From contig OY761158.1 of the NCBI GenBank assembly GCA_963664405.1, forward strand, positions 3,392,001 to 3,456,000: DNA of 64,000 bases, given 5' to 3'. Positions 28,800 through 40,934 of this stretch are shown one piece after another. The stretch comes from Thermoanaerobaculia bacterium (GTDB lineage Bacteria; Acidobacteriota; Thermoanaerobaculia; Multivoradales; Multivoraceae). The translations under genes and the position numbers were made by a program. The notes beneath the pieces are model-generated. The model had not been told where the DNA came from. It did no database searches and worked only from the letters and a program-made list of their open reading frames with translations. Position 1 is the stretch's first letter. Each line of letters starts with the position of its first letter.

Positions 28800-28961
28800 T
28801 GCCGTGTCTCCGACATGGCTTACCAATATCTCGGCCCCTTTAGCCCGCTGCCGTCGTCGCGACTCGTCGACATATTCCCAATATGCCTGCCTCGTCGCTC
28901 CTTGACAGCGAATAAAATGACCTCGAGCTCTTGGCAAGCCATGTCGGAGACACAACACTAG
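28796..28961 (-). mobile_element. Family-A 166-bp hairpin element with different terminal arms, between dnaN and recF
   Basis: 31-bp TIR CTAGTGCCGTGTCTCCGACATGGCTTACCAA / TTGGCAAGCCATGTCGGAGACACAACACTAG with 3 mismatches, all G-T on the minus strand. Core homologous to 40069. The left CTAG contains the dnaN stop. Confidence 0.8.
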
Positions 28962-28991
28962 GAAGGAGAACCTTCCGGCTAGAGAACCTCG

Positions 28992-30062
28992 TTGCTTTCC
29001 GGACTCACCCTTCACCAGTTCCGCAATCTCGAACACTTCCAGCTGCGGCTCGAGCCTGGCACGAACGTCTTGCTCGGCAGCAACGGTAGCGGTAAGACCA
29101 GCCTGTTGGAGGCAGCGCACGTAGCGGCTACGACCCGCAGCTTTCGTACCGCGCAGATTGCCGATTGCGCCTCTCTTTTGCCGTTGGAGCAAGAGGAGTC
29201 GGCAGAGCCAGGCTTCTCGGTCCGTGCGGAGGTTGTTGGCAAGAGTAGGGCGGAGTTGGCCGTCGTTTGGAATCGAGAGGGTCTCCAGCGAAGTCTCAAT
29301 TCAAAGGCCTCGACGCTTCAGGAATACCTGGGCGCTCTACCGGTCATCGCTTGGACCGCTCGCGAAGACGAGATCCTGGCGGGAGTTCCTGATCGTCGGC
29401 GACGGATGATCGACGCCGGGTTGGTGGCGGAAGACTCGAACAACCTTGGGGTACTGTCGCGCTACCGCAGGGCTCTGGCGCAGAAGAGGGAGCTCCTGAA
29501 GCGAGGCCATGGCGGCCTGGAAGAGTGGAATCGGCTGCTGGCGGAGGGCGCGGTCGAGCTCGTTGCCGCTCGATCCGAGTGGGTCGCTCGCCTTCGCAGC
29601 GGGGTGAAGGAAGCTCTCGATGAGTCCGGTCTCACGTTCCCACCCATCGACCTCCGCTACGAGCCCTCGCCACCGAGCGCCCTCGACGGAGTCGAATCAA
29701 CCTTTGGGAGCCTTGCCGAAGTCGCGGACGAAGAAAGGCGACAGAGAAGGCCGCTTCTGGGGCCGCATCGAGATCGACTGTGGATTCTCTGGGGCGGCAT
29801 CGATGTCTCCCGGGTAGCTTCCGCCGGCGAGCGCAAGGCGCTCGGGTTGCTGCTTGCGAGCGCTCAGGCTGCTCTGGTCGAGGCGCGGGGAAAAGAGCCT
29901 CTGATCCTCGCCGACGACTTCGACTCGGAGCTCGACCTGCGTGCCCTGGCGGCTGTGTGGCGGGTGCTCGGGAGCCAACGCCAAGTGCTTGCGAGTACCA
30001 ACAGAGAGGAGATTCTGACCACCCTCGAAGGCGCACTGACCCATCGCTTGGGTGGGCTCTGA
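28992..30062 (+). CDS. recF: DNA replication/repair protein RecF
   Basis: FRNL, GSNGSGKTSLLEA, PDRRRR, GPHRD, SAGE, DDFDSELD. Confidence 0.9.
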   Translation: MLSGLTLHQFRNLEHFQLRLEPGTNVLLGSNGSGKTSLLEAAHVAATTRSFRTAQIADCASLLPLEQEESAEPGFSVRAEVVGKSRAELAVVWNREGLQRSLNSKASTLQEYLGALPVIAWTAREDEILAGVPDRRRRMIDAGLVAEDSNNLGVLSRYRRALAQKRELLKRGHGGLEEWNRLLAEGAVELVAARSEWVARLRSGVKEALDESGLTFPPIDLRYEPSPPSALDGVESTFGSLAEVADEERRQRRPLLGPHRDRLWILWGGIDVSRVASAGERKALGLLLASAQAALVEARGKEPLILADDFDSELDLRALAAVWRVLGSQRQVLASTNREEILTTLEGALTHRLGGL

Positions 30063-30083
30063 GACGACCCCGAACAAAACTTA

Positions 30084-30142
30084 TAAGTGTCGCATAATCA
30101 GACACTTACGGATTGTGGTCAGGGCCTCGTCTGTGATATGAT
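30084..30142 (+). promoter_or_regulatory. Putative gyrB promoter with IHF-like inverted repeat
   Basis: TAAGTGTC-N9-GACACTTA containing AATCAGACACTTA (fits WATCAR-N4-TTR). Extended -10 TGaTATGAT at 30134-30142. Confidence 0.5.
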
Positions 30143-30186
30143 CTGGCTGGTTGCATAGAGAGTGGGAGGACGTGCTCGATGGCTGA

Positions 30187-32658
<2,472 letters not shown>

Positions 32659-32682
32659 GGCCGCAAGTCCCCGGTCGCTACG

Positions 32683-35196
32683 ATGAGCGACGAGACCAAA
32701 GCCCCTCTCGAGAACACCGAATTGGTGGATCTCGAAGAGGAGATGAAGCGCAGCTATCTCGACTACGCGATGAGCGTGATCATCGGGCGCGCCCTGCCCG
32801 ATGTGCGTGACGGCCTCAAGCCCGTACACCGCCGGGTCCTGTTCGGAATGTGGGAGGCCGGGAACCTGTCGAATCGCCCGTACAAGAAGTCGGCGCGCAT
32901 CGTCGGAGATGTGATGGGCAAGTATCACCCCCACGGCGACGGGCCGATCTACGACACTGTTGTGCGGCTGGCTCAGGACTTCTCGATGCGCTACCTGCTG
33001 GTCGACGGCCAGGGAAACTTTGGTTCGATCGATGGCGACGCGGCGGCGGCGATGCGCTACACCGAAGTGCGGATGACTCGGCTTGCCGAAGAAATGCTGC
33101 GCGACGACATCGACAAAGATACGGTCCCTTGGGTCGAGAACTACGACGGTACCGAGCGCGAGCCGCTTGTGCTCCCCGCCCGTGTTCCAAACCTGCTCGT
33201 AAACGGGTCCTCGGGAATCGCAGTGGGTATGGCCACGAACATCCCTCCGCACAATCTGCGGGATGTCATCAGTGCTCTGAAGCTCTGCATCGACGACCCG
33301 AATGTGGGGCTGGAGCAGCTGATGGAGGCGGTGCCAGGGCCGGACTTTCCCACCGGCGGCACGATTCACGGGCGCAGCGGTATTCGTTCCGCCTATGCCT
33401 CCGGCCGCGGCACCATTCATGTTCGAGCCAAGGTGATCTTCGAGGAGATCAAGGGAAGCGACCGCCAGAGCATTGTCGTCAACGAGCTTCCGTACCAAGT
33501 AAACAAGGCCCGCCTGATCGAGCGCATCGTCGAGCTGGTGCGAGACAAGAAGTTAGAGGGCATCTCGGATCTTCGAGACGAATCGGATCGAGAGGGTATC
33601 CGAGTCGTGGTCGAGCTCAAGCGCGGCGAGATACCCGAAGTCGTCCTCAACAACCTCTACAAGCAGACGGCGATGCAGTCGAGCTTCGGGATAAACATGC
33701 TTGCGATCGTTGACAACCAGCCGCAGGTTCTCGGCCTGAAGCCGATCCTGATGCACTTTCTCGACCACCGCAAAGCGGTAGTGGTGCGGCGCACTCGCTT
33801 CGATCTCCACAAGGCCGAGGCGCGCGCTCACATCCTCGAGGGCATTCTCAAGGCACTGGACCAGCTCGATGAGATCATCACCACGATTCGCAGTAGCGAG
33901 AACCCCGCAGATGCGCGAGAGCGTCTCATGGGCGGCTTCGCGCTGTCGGAGATACAGGCCCAAGCCATCCTCGACATGCGCCTGCAACGCCTCACCGGTC
34001 TAGAGCGCGAGAAGGTGGTTGAAGAGTACCGCCAGGTGAGCGCGACGATCGAGCGCCTGCGCTCGGTTTTGGCCTCCGACAGTCTGGTCCTGGCTGAGAT
34101 CCTGGTCGAGCTGGTCGAGCTCGAAGAGGTCTACGGTGACGACCGCCGCACCGAGATCATCGAATCCACCGGCGACATCTCGATCGAAGACATGATCGCG
34201 GACGAGGAAATGGTGATCACGGTCACGAACACCGGTTACGTAAAGCGCTCCTCACTAAGCCTGTACAGGGCCCAGCACCGAGGCGGTAAGGGACGTACGG
34301 GAATGGTGACCCGAGAAGGCGACGTGGTCGAGCAGCTCTATGTCGCGACCGCTCACAGCTACATTCTGGTCTTCACCGAGATGGGGCGCGTCTATTGGCT
34401 CAAGGTGCATCAGATCCCGGAGTTCGCGCCCGCCGCACGCGGCAAGGCAATCGTAAATCTTTTGCAGCTGTCCGCCGAGGAGAGAGTCGCGACCACAGTG
34501 GCGGTGAAGGACTTCGAGGCCGGGCGATTCTTGTTCTTCGCCACCCGCAAGGGCACGGTGAAAAAAACCGCCCTTGCCGCCTACTCCAACCCTCGAGCCG
34601 GCGGCATTATCGGCATTCGGATCGACGAAGACGATAGTCTTCTCGATGTCCGAGTCACCGATGGAGAGAGGGACATTTTCCTCGCCACTCGAAGGGGCCT
34701 CTCGATCCGCTTTCCCGAGAGCGACGCGCGTCCGTTGTCGAGGGCGACTCGAGGTGTAAAGGGCATCCGACTGGGGAGCGAGGATGCGGTGGTCACGATG
34801 GAGGCACTCGAGGACAGCGGCGAGATCCTCACCGTCAGCGAAAACGGTTTCGGTAAGCGCACTCGACAGGAGGAATACCGGATTCAGGGCCGAGGGGGCA
34901 AAGGAATCCTCAACCTCAAGGTGAGCGAGCGGACCGGTGAGGTGGTGGGGGTTCGCCAAGTCGATGAGGACGATGACGTAGTCCTCATCTCTCGGGAGGG
35001 TAAGCTGATCCGGATCGGTGCCGCGAGCGTATCGGTGATCGGCCGGGCTACGCAGGGGGTCAAGGTCATGGACCTCGAAGGCGATGACATCTTGGTGGCC
35101 CTGGCAGAGGTTACTGAGCGTGACGAGGGCGGAGAGGGCGACGATCCACCTCTCCTTCTCGAAGAAGGTGATCTCGACGAGGAGCCGGTGAACTAA
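32683..35196 (+). CDS. gyrA: DNA gyrase subunit A
   Basis: YHPHGD, AAMRYTE, GyrA box QHRGGKG. Confidence 0.98.
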   Translation: MSDETKAPLENTELVDLEEEMKRSYLDYAMSVIIGRALPDVRDGLKPVHRRVLFGMWEAGNLSNRPYKKSARIVGDVMGKYHPHGDGPIYDTVVRLAQDFSMRYLLVDGQGNFGSIDGDAAAAMRYTEVRMTRLAEEMLRDDIDKDTVPWVENYDGTEREPLVLPARVPNLLVNGSSGIAVGMATNIPPHNLRDVISALKLCIDDPNVGLEQLMEAVPGPDFPTGGTIHGRSGIRSAYASGRGTIHVRAKVIFEEIKGSDRQSIVVNELPYQVNKARLIERIVELVRDKKLEGISDLRDESDREGIRVVVELKRGEIPEVVLNNLYKQTAMQSSFGINMLAIVDNQPQVLGLKPILMHFLDHRKAVVVRRTRFDLHKAEARAHILEGILKALDQLDEIITTIRSSENPADARERLMGGFALSEIQAQAILDMRLQRLTGLEREKVVEEYRQVSATIERLRSVLASDSLVLAEILVELVELEEVYGDDRRTEIIESTGDISIEDMIADEEMVITVTNTGYVKRSSLSLYRAQHRGGKGRTGMVTREGDVVEQLYVATAHSYILVFTEMGRVYWLKVHQIPEFAPAARGKAIVNLLQLSAEERVATTVAVKDFEAGRFLFFATRKGTVKKTALAAYSNPRAGGIIGIRIDEDDSLLDVRVTDGERDIFLATRRGLSIRFPESDARPLSRATRGVKGIRLGSEDAVVTMEALEDSGEILTVSENGFGKRTRQEEYRIQGRGGKGILNLKVSERTGEVVGVRQVDEDDDVVLISREGKLIRIGAASVSVIGRATQGVKVMDLEGDDILVALAEVTERDEGGEGDDPPLLLEEGDLDEEPVN

Positions 35197-35234
35197 TGAA
35201 GCTTCTACGACTAGGGGTATGAGGAGGGTGCTGC

Positions 35235-35888
35235 GTGCTGTTCTTTCTTGACACCGCCAAGATCTCGGAGATCGAGCAAGGTCTGGAATGGGGAATGGTG
35301 GACGGTGTCACGACGAATCCGACGCTGATAGCGAAAGAAGGAAAAGACTACCTCGATACGGTGGTCGAGGTCGCCAAACTGGTTCCCGGTCCGGTCAGCG
35401 GCGAGGTTCTCGCAACCGAGTACGCGCCGATGATGGAGGAGGCCAAGCGCCTCGCCGGCCTGGCGGAGAATGTGGTGGTGAAGGTACCGTTGGGGCCGGT
35501 AGGCCTGCGAGCGGTGGGTCATCTGCGCGAGCAAGGGATCTCGACCAATGTGACGCTCTGCTTTTCGACCGCCCAGGCTCTCCTTGCTGCCAAGGCCGGC
35601 GCCGGGTATATCTCGCCCTTTATCGGCCGCCTCGATGACCTGGGCCAGGACGGAATGGGCCTGATCGAAGACATCGTGCAGATGTACGACAACTACGACT
35701 TCGAGACCCAAGTGCTTGTTGCATCCGTACGGCACCCGGTGCACGTGGTTCGGTCTGCTCTCCTGGGTGCGGACGTCGCGACCCTGCCGTTCAAGGTGCT
35801 GCAGCAGCTCTATGGCCACCCACTTACGGACAAGGGGCTCGCGGGCTTTCTGGCGGATTGGGAGGCGACGGGCGTTAGCGCCTTCTGA
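35235..35888 (+). CDS. tal: Transaldolase (MipB/TalC family)
   Basis: FLDTA, GVTTNPT, VKVP. SGEV (Glu) and SPF (Phe) favour transaldolase over FSA, which has Gln/Tyr. Confidence 0.88.
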   Translation: MLFFLDTAKISEIEQGLEWGMVDGVTTNPTLIAKEGKDYLDTVVEVAKLVPGPVSGEVLATEYAPMMEEAKRLAGLAENVVVKVPLGPVGLRAVGHLREQGISTNVTLCFSTAQALLAAKAGAGYISPFIGRLDDLGQDGMGLIEDIVQMYDNYDFETQVLVASVRHPVHVVRSALLGADVATLPFKVLQQLYGHPLTDKGLAGFLADWEATGVSAF

Positions 35889-35895
35889 GGCGCTC

Positions 35896-36474
35896 TTGAG
35901 CGGCGAAAACGACGAGGCGTCCCCCTCGTTTCGGTTGTACCAGCTAGCGTGGGCTTTCTATCTGGTCCTCGGTCTCCTAGGGGCTTTGTGGATCGGCATC
36001 CGCGAAGGTACGATCGAGAGCGCACTCTTCGCGAGCCCGTCCTCCTGGCTGCGAGACCTCGTGGTCGGGGTCTTGTCGGGCGGCGCTCTCATTGGCCTTT
36101 GGGAGGGATTAGGGCGACGTCTGGCTTTGGGCCGGGAGCTTGAGCAGCGTCTTCGCGGTCTGCTGGGACATCTCGACGCATCGGAGGCGATCGGCCTTGC
36201 GGTGCTCTCGGGCTTTGCCGAGGAGCTGTTCTTTCGGGGCGCTGTGCAAGGTAGCTTCGGCTACCTTGTCGCATCACTGCTTTTTGCCGCTCTTCATTCG
36301 GGCAGAGAGCGGAGCTTCATGCTGTGGACCGCCTTCGCGCTTATCGCGGGTCTACTCTTCGGCGGCCTGGTACTGTGGGCGGGAAATCTACTTCCCGCGA
36401 TCGTCGGGCATGTCATGGTGAATGCGGTGAACCTGCGGCGTCTCACAGCATTGCCGGAGGGAGAGGTTGATTGA
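35896..36474 (+). CDS. CPBP/Abi family intramembrane metalloprotease
   Basis: EELFFRG, FAALH, H..VN, multiple TM helices. TTG start inferred. Confidence 0.85.
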   Translation: MSGENDEASPSFRLYQLAWAFYLVLGLLGALWIGIREGTIESALFASPSSWLRDLVVGVLSGGALIGLWEGLGRRLALGRELEQRLRGLLGHLDASEAIGLAVLSGFAEELFFRGAVQGSFGYLVASLLFAALHSGRERSFMLWTAFALIAGLLFGGLVLWAGNLLPAIVGHVMVNAVNLRRLTALPEGEVD

Positions 36475-37013
36475 GCGACGAGAAAGAGCTCAAGTTTGCG
36501 GTGGTAGGCGACGTGGAGGAGTTGCGCCGGCGGCTAGTTGAGGTTGGCGCGAAAGAGTCCAGCGTTCCGAGTGAAGAGAATAATTGGGTTTTTGACCGCC
36601 ACGCCGAGCTCTATTCCGCCAGTCGACTCCTGCGTTTGCGCAGCGACGGGCAGGGCGGACACCTCACCTACAAGGGGCCGCCTCGCTTTGAAGGGGGGCT
36701 CAAGGTGCGCGAAGAGATCGAAGTCGATGTCGACGATGTTGAAGCGACTCGCGATCTTCTGGTGCGCCTCGGCTACCGCGTTGTTCGTCGTTACCAGAAG
36801 ATTCGGCAGGAATGGCGCCTCGATAGCACGGTAGTCGCGGTGGACCTCACCCCTATCGGGCTCTTCGTCGAGTTTGAAGGGGAGGATGCGCCGGTCTCGG
36901 CCAAGCAATGTGGCTTTGACCCAGAACAGGCGGAAAAGCGCTCTTACCTCAGGCTCTACGAAGAGCATCGGCGGGAGCACCCGCACCTGCCTCCAGATAT
37001 GGTCTTCCCCTGA
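36471..37013 (+). CDS. CYTH (class IV adenylate cyclase-like) protein
   Basis: EKELKF (ExExK), LRLR, LTYKG, REEIE, FVEFEG, SYL. Confidence 0.88.
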   Translation: MSDEKELKFAVVGDVEELRRRLVEVGAKESSVPSEENNWVFDRHAELYSASRLLRLRSDGQGGHLTYKGPPRFEGGLKVREEIEVDVDDVEATRDLLVRLGYRVVRRYQKIRQEWRLDSTVVAVDLTPIGLFVEFEGEDAPVSAKQCGFDPEQAEKRSYLRLYEEHRREHPHLPPDMVFP

Positions 37014-38047
37014 TGGCGCCGCTACGGCTGCGAGCGCTGGTTCTCTGCGCCGGCCGGGCGACGCGTTTTCGCCCTCTCACCACTGGGGTTCCCAAGGCAC
37101 TCCTTCCGGTCCTCGGCCGACCCCTGCTCGGGGTTACGCTCGAGCAGCTCCTCGAGGCGGGCGTCGAGGCGGTTGCGATCAATCTCCATCACCAGGGTGA
37201 GGCAATCGCCTCGACTCTGGGAAGCTCCTATCGAGGAATACCTCTCCGCTACTCACGAGAGAATCTGCTGCTCGGAACGCTAGGCGCGGTTAATCCCCTG
37301 AAGGAGTTTCTCGGTGAGGCGGATCTGGTCCTCCTGGTCAACGGCGACAGCCTGTGCAGGTGGCCGATCGAGGCGATGGTAGAGCGTCATCGGAGCGTCG
37401 AAAGTGAGGCGACACTATTGTTGAGCTCTGTCGCCGATGTCGAGTCCTTCGGCGGAGTGGGAATCGATGACAACGAGCAGATCGTGTCCTTCCCTGGTGG
37501 CCCATGCTCCCCTAGAGAGACGCGGCAGCTCGTTTTTGCCGGCGCGCACATCTTCGACCCCGAGCTACTTCGGAGGGTGCGACCCGGTGCCTCCGACAGC
37601 GTCGTGGATCTCTATCGCCCGATGGTCGAGGCCGGTGGGCAGTTGCAGGCCTTTGTGAGTGACCAGCAGTGGCATGACCTGGGCAACCCACACCGTTACC
37701 TCAAGGCTTTACTGGAGTGGATGCGGAGCACGGACGGTAGCTCGGAAGACCGAAGCTGGTTCGGCCGAGGTGCGTCGGTAGATCCTGCAGCTCAGGTAGT
37801 TGGCTCGATCATCGAGGCGGGTGCCACCGTCGCCGCCGGCGCGCGGTTGACCGAGTGCGTGGTCCTCAACGACGCCGAGGTCGGAGTCGGCGCACAGCTC
37901 GAACGATGTCTTTTGGCCCCGGACGTAGTCCTGGGTCGAGGGACCCGAGTGGCAGGCGAGATGGTCACGCCTTTTGCTTGGGGTTTGGTGGATGGCTCCC
38001 GTCGGGTTGGCGCTCTTGTTCATACACCGCTATCAGGGCGGGCATGA
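37013..38047 (+). CDS. Sugar-phosphate nucleotidyltransferase with C-terminal hexapeptide repeats
   Basis: LCAGRATRFRPLT...PKALLP, NGD, WHDLG. Confidence 0.85.
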   Translation: MAPLRLRALVLCAGRATRFRPLTTGVPKALLPVLGRPLLGVTLEQLLEAGVEAVAINLHHQGEAIASTLGSSYRGIPLRYSRENLLLGTLGAVNPLKEFLGEADLVLLVNGDSLCRWPIEAMVERHRSVESEATLLLSSVADVESFGGVGIDDNEQIVSFPGGPCSPRETRQLVFAGAHIFDPELLRRVRPGASDSVVDLYRPMVEAGGQLQAFVSDQQWHDLGNPHRYLKALLEWMRSTDGSSEDRSWFGRGASVDPAAQVVGSIIEAGATVAAGARLTECVVLNDAEVGVGAQLERCLLAPDVVLGRGTRVAGEMVTPFAWGLVDGSRRVGALVHTPLSGRA

Positions 38048-38616
38048 GCGCGTCGGTGACCCTCTACTGCTGGCTCGTTGCCGCAGTCGCCGCCGAGCGC
38101 GGGTTCGAGCTCGTCTTATCGCGTCGAAATCTGCGCTGGGCGGCACAGAAAGGGGGCGTCGAGAGAGGAGCCGGACACTATCGATGGATGGTTCTTTCGC
38201 ACACCGGGCTGCTCTTGGCTTGCCCCTTGGAGGTATGGCTCCTGGAGCGCCCCTTCCTGTCCGTGGTCGGGGTTCCGGCCCTCGTGTTGCTGGTGGTTTC
38301 GATGAGCCTTCGCTATTGGGCAGTGGTCTCGCTTGGAAGGAGGTGGAATACACGAGTGGTGGTGGTACCGGGGGTTCCAGTCGTGACCAGCGGGCCATAC
38401 CGGTTCTTGCGTCACCCCAACTATCTCGCTGTTGTTCTGGAAGTCGCGGCCCTGCCACTGGTACACAGCGCATGGGTGACAGCTGTCGTGTTCACGATCC
38501 TCAATGGCTTGATTCTGCGCACCAGGCTCCGGGTCGAGGAATCCACACTTCGGGAGCTAGCCGACTACGAGACGGCGATGAAGGGAAGGTCGAGTTTGTT
38601 ACCGGGGGCAGGGTGA
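38044..38616 (+). CDS. Isoprenylcysteine carboxyl methyltransferase family (SrsB/BpsB-like)
   Basis: ER..EL.LSRRN, LG.RWNTRV, GPYRFLRHPNY, R.RVEE. Confidence 0.88.
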   Translation: MSASVTLYCWLVAAVAAERGFELVLSRRNLRWAAQKGGVERGAGHYRWMVLSHTGLLLACPLEVWLLERPFLSVVGVPALVLLVVSMSLRYWAVVSLGRRWNTRVVVVPGVPVVTSGPYRFLRHPNYLAVVLEVAALPLVHSAWVTAVVFTILNGLILRTRLRVEESTLRELADYETAMKGRSSLLPGAG

Positions 38617-39749
38617 CGGCCGGCTGCGACGTCGTCGTGATCGGCGGCGGCCCGGCAGGCCTGGCGACAGCGATTGCAGCAGGCCGTCAAGGACTTCGAG
38701 TAGAGGTCCTCGAACGTTTCCAGACTCCTATCGACAAGCCCTGCGGCGAGGGTCTGTTGCCGAGCGGGTTGGCGGCTTTGGAGGCCCTGGGGGTCAACGC
38801 CGCCGAGCTTCCGAGTCGAGAGCTCGAAGGAATTCGCTATGTCGATGGGGAGACGGTCGCCGAAGGGCCGTTTTGCAGTAGGTTGGGGAGGGGGATTCGT
38901 CGCCTGGTTCTGCACGAAGCTCTTGCCGGGAGGGCGGAAGAGGTTGGTGCTCGCCTAAGCTGGGGCGTGACCGTCAAGGGGATCGAGTCGGTGGGTGACC
39001 GTTGGTCGGTCGCGACCTCGGAAGACCGCCGGGAGGCGCGTTGGCTGGTTGGAGCCGACGGCCTCAGCTCTCGTGTTCGCGAGTGGTCGGGTTTGTCGGG
39101 CCGGCCCGCCAAGCGGCAGCGCTTCGGAGCTCGCCGCCATTATCGACTGGCTCCCTGGTCGAGCTTTGTCGAGGTCTACTGGAGAGAGGGCTGCGAAGCT
39201 TATGTGACCCCGGTAGACGACGATCTCGTTGGGGTGGCGCTGCTGTGGAGTGGTCGCAGCGGCGGGTTCGACTTCTTGCTCGAGGGCTTTCCCGAGCTTG
39301 CGGCGAGGCTTGCCGGCGCCACCAAGGCATCGCGAACGCGAGGTTGTGGACCTCTCCGTCGTCGCACTCGGCATGTGGTGGGTAAGAACTTGGCGCTGGT
39401 CGGTGATGCTTCGGGGTATACGGACGCCCTCACCGGCGAAGGTCTAGGGCTCGCTTTTCAGCAAGGCTTGGCTTTGGCCAAGGGGTTGGCTAGGGGAAGT
39501 GTTCGCTATTACCCGCGAGAACACCGTCGCATAGGTCGGGCAGTTCGCGCGATGACCGAGCTCACACTCCTTCTCTCTCGCTCACCCGCCTTACGCCGAC
39601 GCGTGATCGACGCTTTGCGAGCTCAACCGGCACTCTTCACCCGCCTGCTCGCCACCCAAGACCGAGAGGCCCCACTGCTGGGTACGGGAGTGCCAACGCT
39701 CGTAGAGCTTGCGCTGAGGACTCTTGTCTCGAAGCCCGAGAGAGGCTGA
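38613..39749 (+). CDS. FAD-dependent oxidoreductase (SrsC-like flavoprotein)
   Basis: GGGPAG, DKPCGEGL, GADG..S, VGDASGYTDALTGEG. Confidence 0.85.
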   Translation: MTAGCDVVVIGGGPAGLATAIAAGRQGLRVEVLERFQTPIDKPCGEGLLPSGLAALEALGVNAAELPSRELEGIRYVDGETVAEGPFCSRLGRGIRRLVLHEALAGRAEEVGARLSWGVTVKGIESVGDRWSVATSEDRREARWLVGADGLSSRVREWSGLSGRPAKRQRFGARRHYRLAPWSSFVEVYWREGCEAYVTPVDDDLVGVALLWSGRSGGFDFLLEGFPELAARLAGATKASRTRGCGPLRRRTRHVVGKNLALVGDASGYTDALTGEGLGLAFQQGLALAKGLARGSVRYYPREHRRIGRAVRAMTELTLLLSRSPALRRRVIDALRAQPALFTRLLATQDREAPLLGTGVPTLVELALRTLVSKPERG

Positions 39750-39768
39750 GACTCGGTAGGTGAGACCG

Positions 39769-40068
39769 GCCCTCGGTCAGGGGCTGGTGATCATCAGCGG
39801 CGGCATCGACCTCTCGGTGGGCGCGACTGTCGGCCTGGGTCCCGACCACCCCGCCTTCGTCGAGGCCGGCTCGGGCTCGTTGTATACGCCATCGCCGCCG
39901 TCGTACTCGGAGGCTGCTCGCTGCGCGGCGGTGTCGGCACAGTGTCGGGTATCCTTGTCGGTGCGGCTCTGATGCGTCTGATTACCAACGGTATTAATCT
40001 TCTCGGCATCAGCACACACTGGGAGCTCACCGTTATCGGGCTCGTTATCGCAGCGGCGGCAGTGCTCA
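39769..40068 (+). pseudogene. Collapsed sugar (RbsC-type) ABC permease remnant
   Basis: ALGQGLVIISGGIDLSVG in one frame. YAIAAVVLGGCSLRGGVG...NGINLLG...VIGLVI in another. The middle is missing and the end is cut by a family-A element. Confidence 0.8.
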
Positions 40069-40233
40069 CTAGACCAGTGTTTCCAAAGTTCGCGCACATA
40101 TCTCGGCCCCTTCTGCCCGCTGGCGGCGTTTCGCCTCCTCGACATATTGCCCAATATGCCTGCGTCGGCGCGCCTGGCCAGCGAACAGAATGAGCTCGAG
40201 CTATGTACACGAATTTTGGAAACGCTGGTCTAG
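40069..40233 (-). mobile_element. Family-A 165-bp hairpin element (inverted relative to 4550)
   Basis: CTAGACCAGTGTTTCCAAAGTTCG...CGAATTTTGGAAACGCTGGTCTAG. Its reverse complement aligns full-length with 4550-4715. Confidence 0.85.
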
Positions 40234-40244
40234 CAGGGGGAACT

Positions 40245-40904
40245 ATGAGTGAAGAAAAGAGTGTCTACAAGTACGAAGGTGAGGAAGTCGATGTCTTCTG
40301 GGATGGCAAGCTGTGCATTCACATCGGTGAGTGCGGGCGGGCGCAGGGCGACCTCTTTGTTGCCGGCCGCCAGCCTTGGTGTCAGCCGGATACCTCCGCG
40401 ACCACTGAGGTAGTCGATGTCGTCAAGCGCTGCCCCACGGGCTCGCTGACCTACCTACGAAAGGACGGTACCGGCGGTGAGGTGGCTGACGACCGAAACG
40501 TCGTGGTGGTCTCCAACAGCGGTCCGCTCTATTTTCGTGGCGACCTGAGAGTCGCCGGAGAGGCGGCCGCAGAGAAACCAGGGGTGCGGTTCCGTGCCGC
40601 TTTCTGTCGTTGCGGAGAGTCGGGCAACAAGCCCTTCTGCGACAACAGCCACGAGGGGGCCGGCTTTCGCGACTATGGAGCGGTCGGTGAGACCGGCGAG
40701 GCGCTCGCCGAAGAGGGCGGCGCCTTGGAGATCACATCGGTTCCGAACGGGCCACTGATCGTTTCAGGCCACTTCTCTATCGTTGCGGCCAGTGGCCGGG
40801 TGGCGTGGCAGGGGACGAGGGCTGCGCTGTGCCGCTGTGGTGCCTCGGGCAACAAGCCGATGTGCGACGGCAGCCACAAGGCGGCGGGCTTCGAGGCGAG
40901 CTAG
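40245..40904 (+). CDS. Fe-S protein: divergent 4Fe-4S (Fer4_19-like) domain plus two CDGSH domains
   Basis: CIHIGEC...[38 protein letters not shown]. Confidence 0.88.
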   Translation: MSEEKSVYKYEGEEVDVFWDGKLCIHIGECGRAQGDLFVAGRQPWCQPDTSATTEVVDVVKRCPTGSLTYLRKDGTGGEVADDRNVVVVSNSGPLYFRGDLRVAGEAAAEKPGVRFRAAFCRCGESGNKPFCDNSHEGAGFRDYGAVGETGEALAEEGGALEITSVPNGPLIVSGHFSIVAASGRVAWQGTRAALCRCGASGNKPMCDGSHKAAGFEAS

Positions 40905-40934
40905 CCGTGCCATCCGCAGTCGGTGGCGCTCAGG

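Noticed and set aside
40203-40244. N-terminal extension of the CDGSH protein and small ORFs within the hairpin elements
   Set aside because: They derive from element sequence. The ATG at 40245 has its own purine-rich RBS, and no common peptide is apparent between copies.
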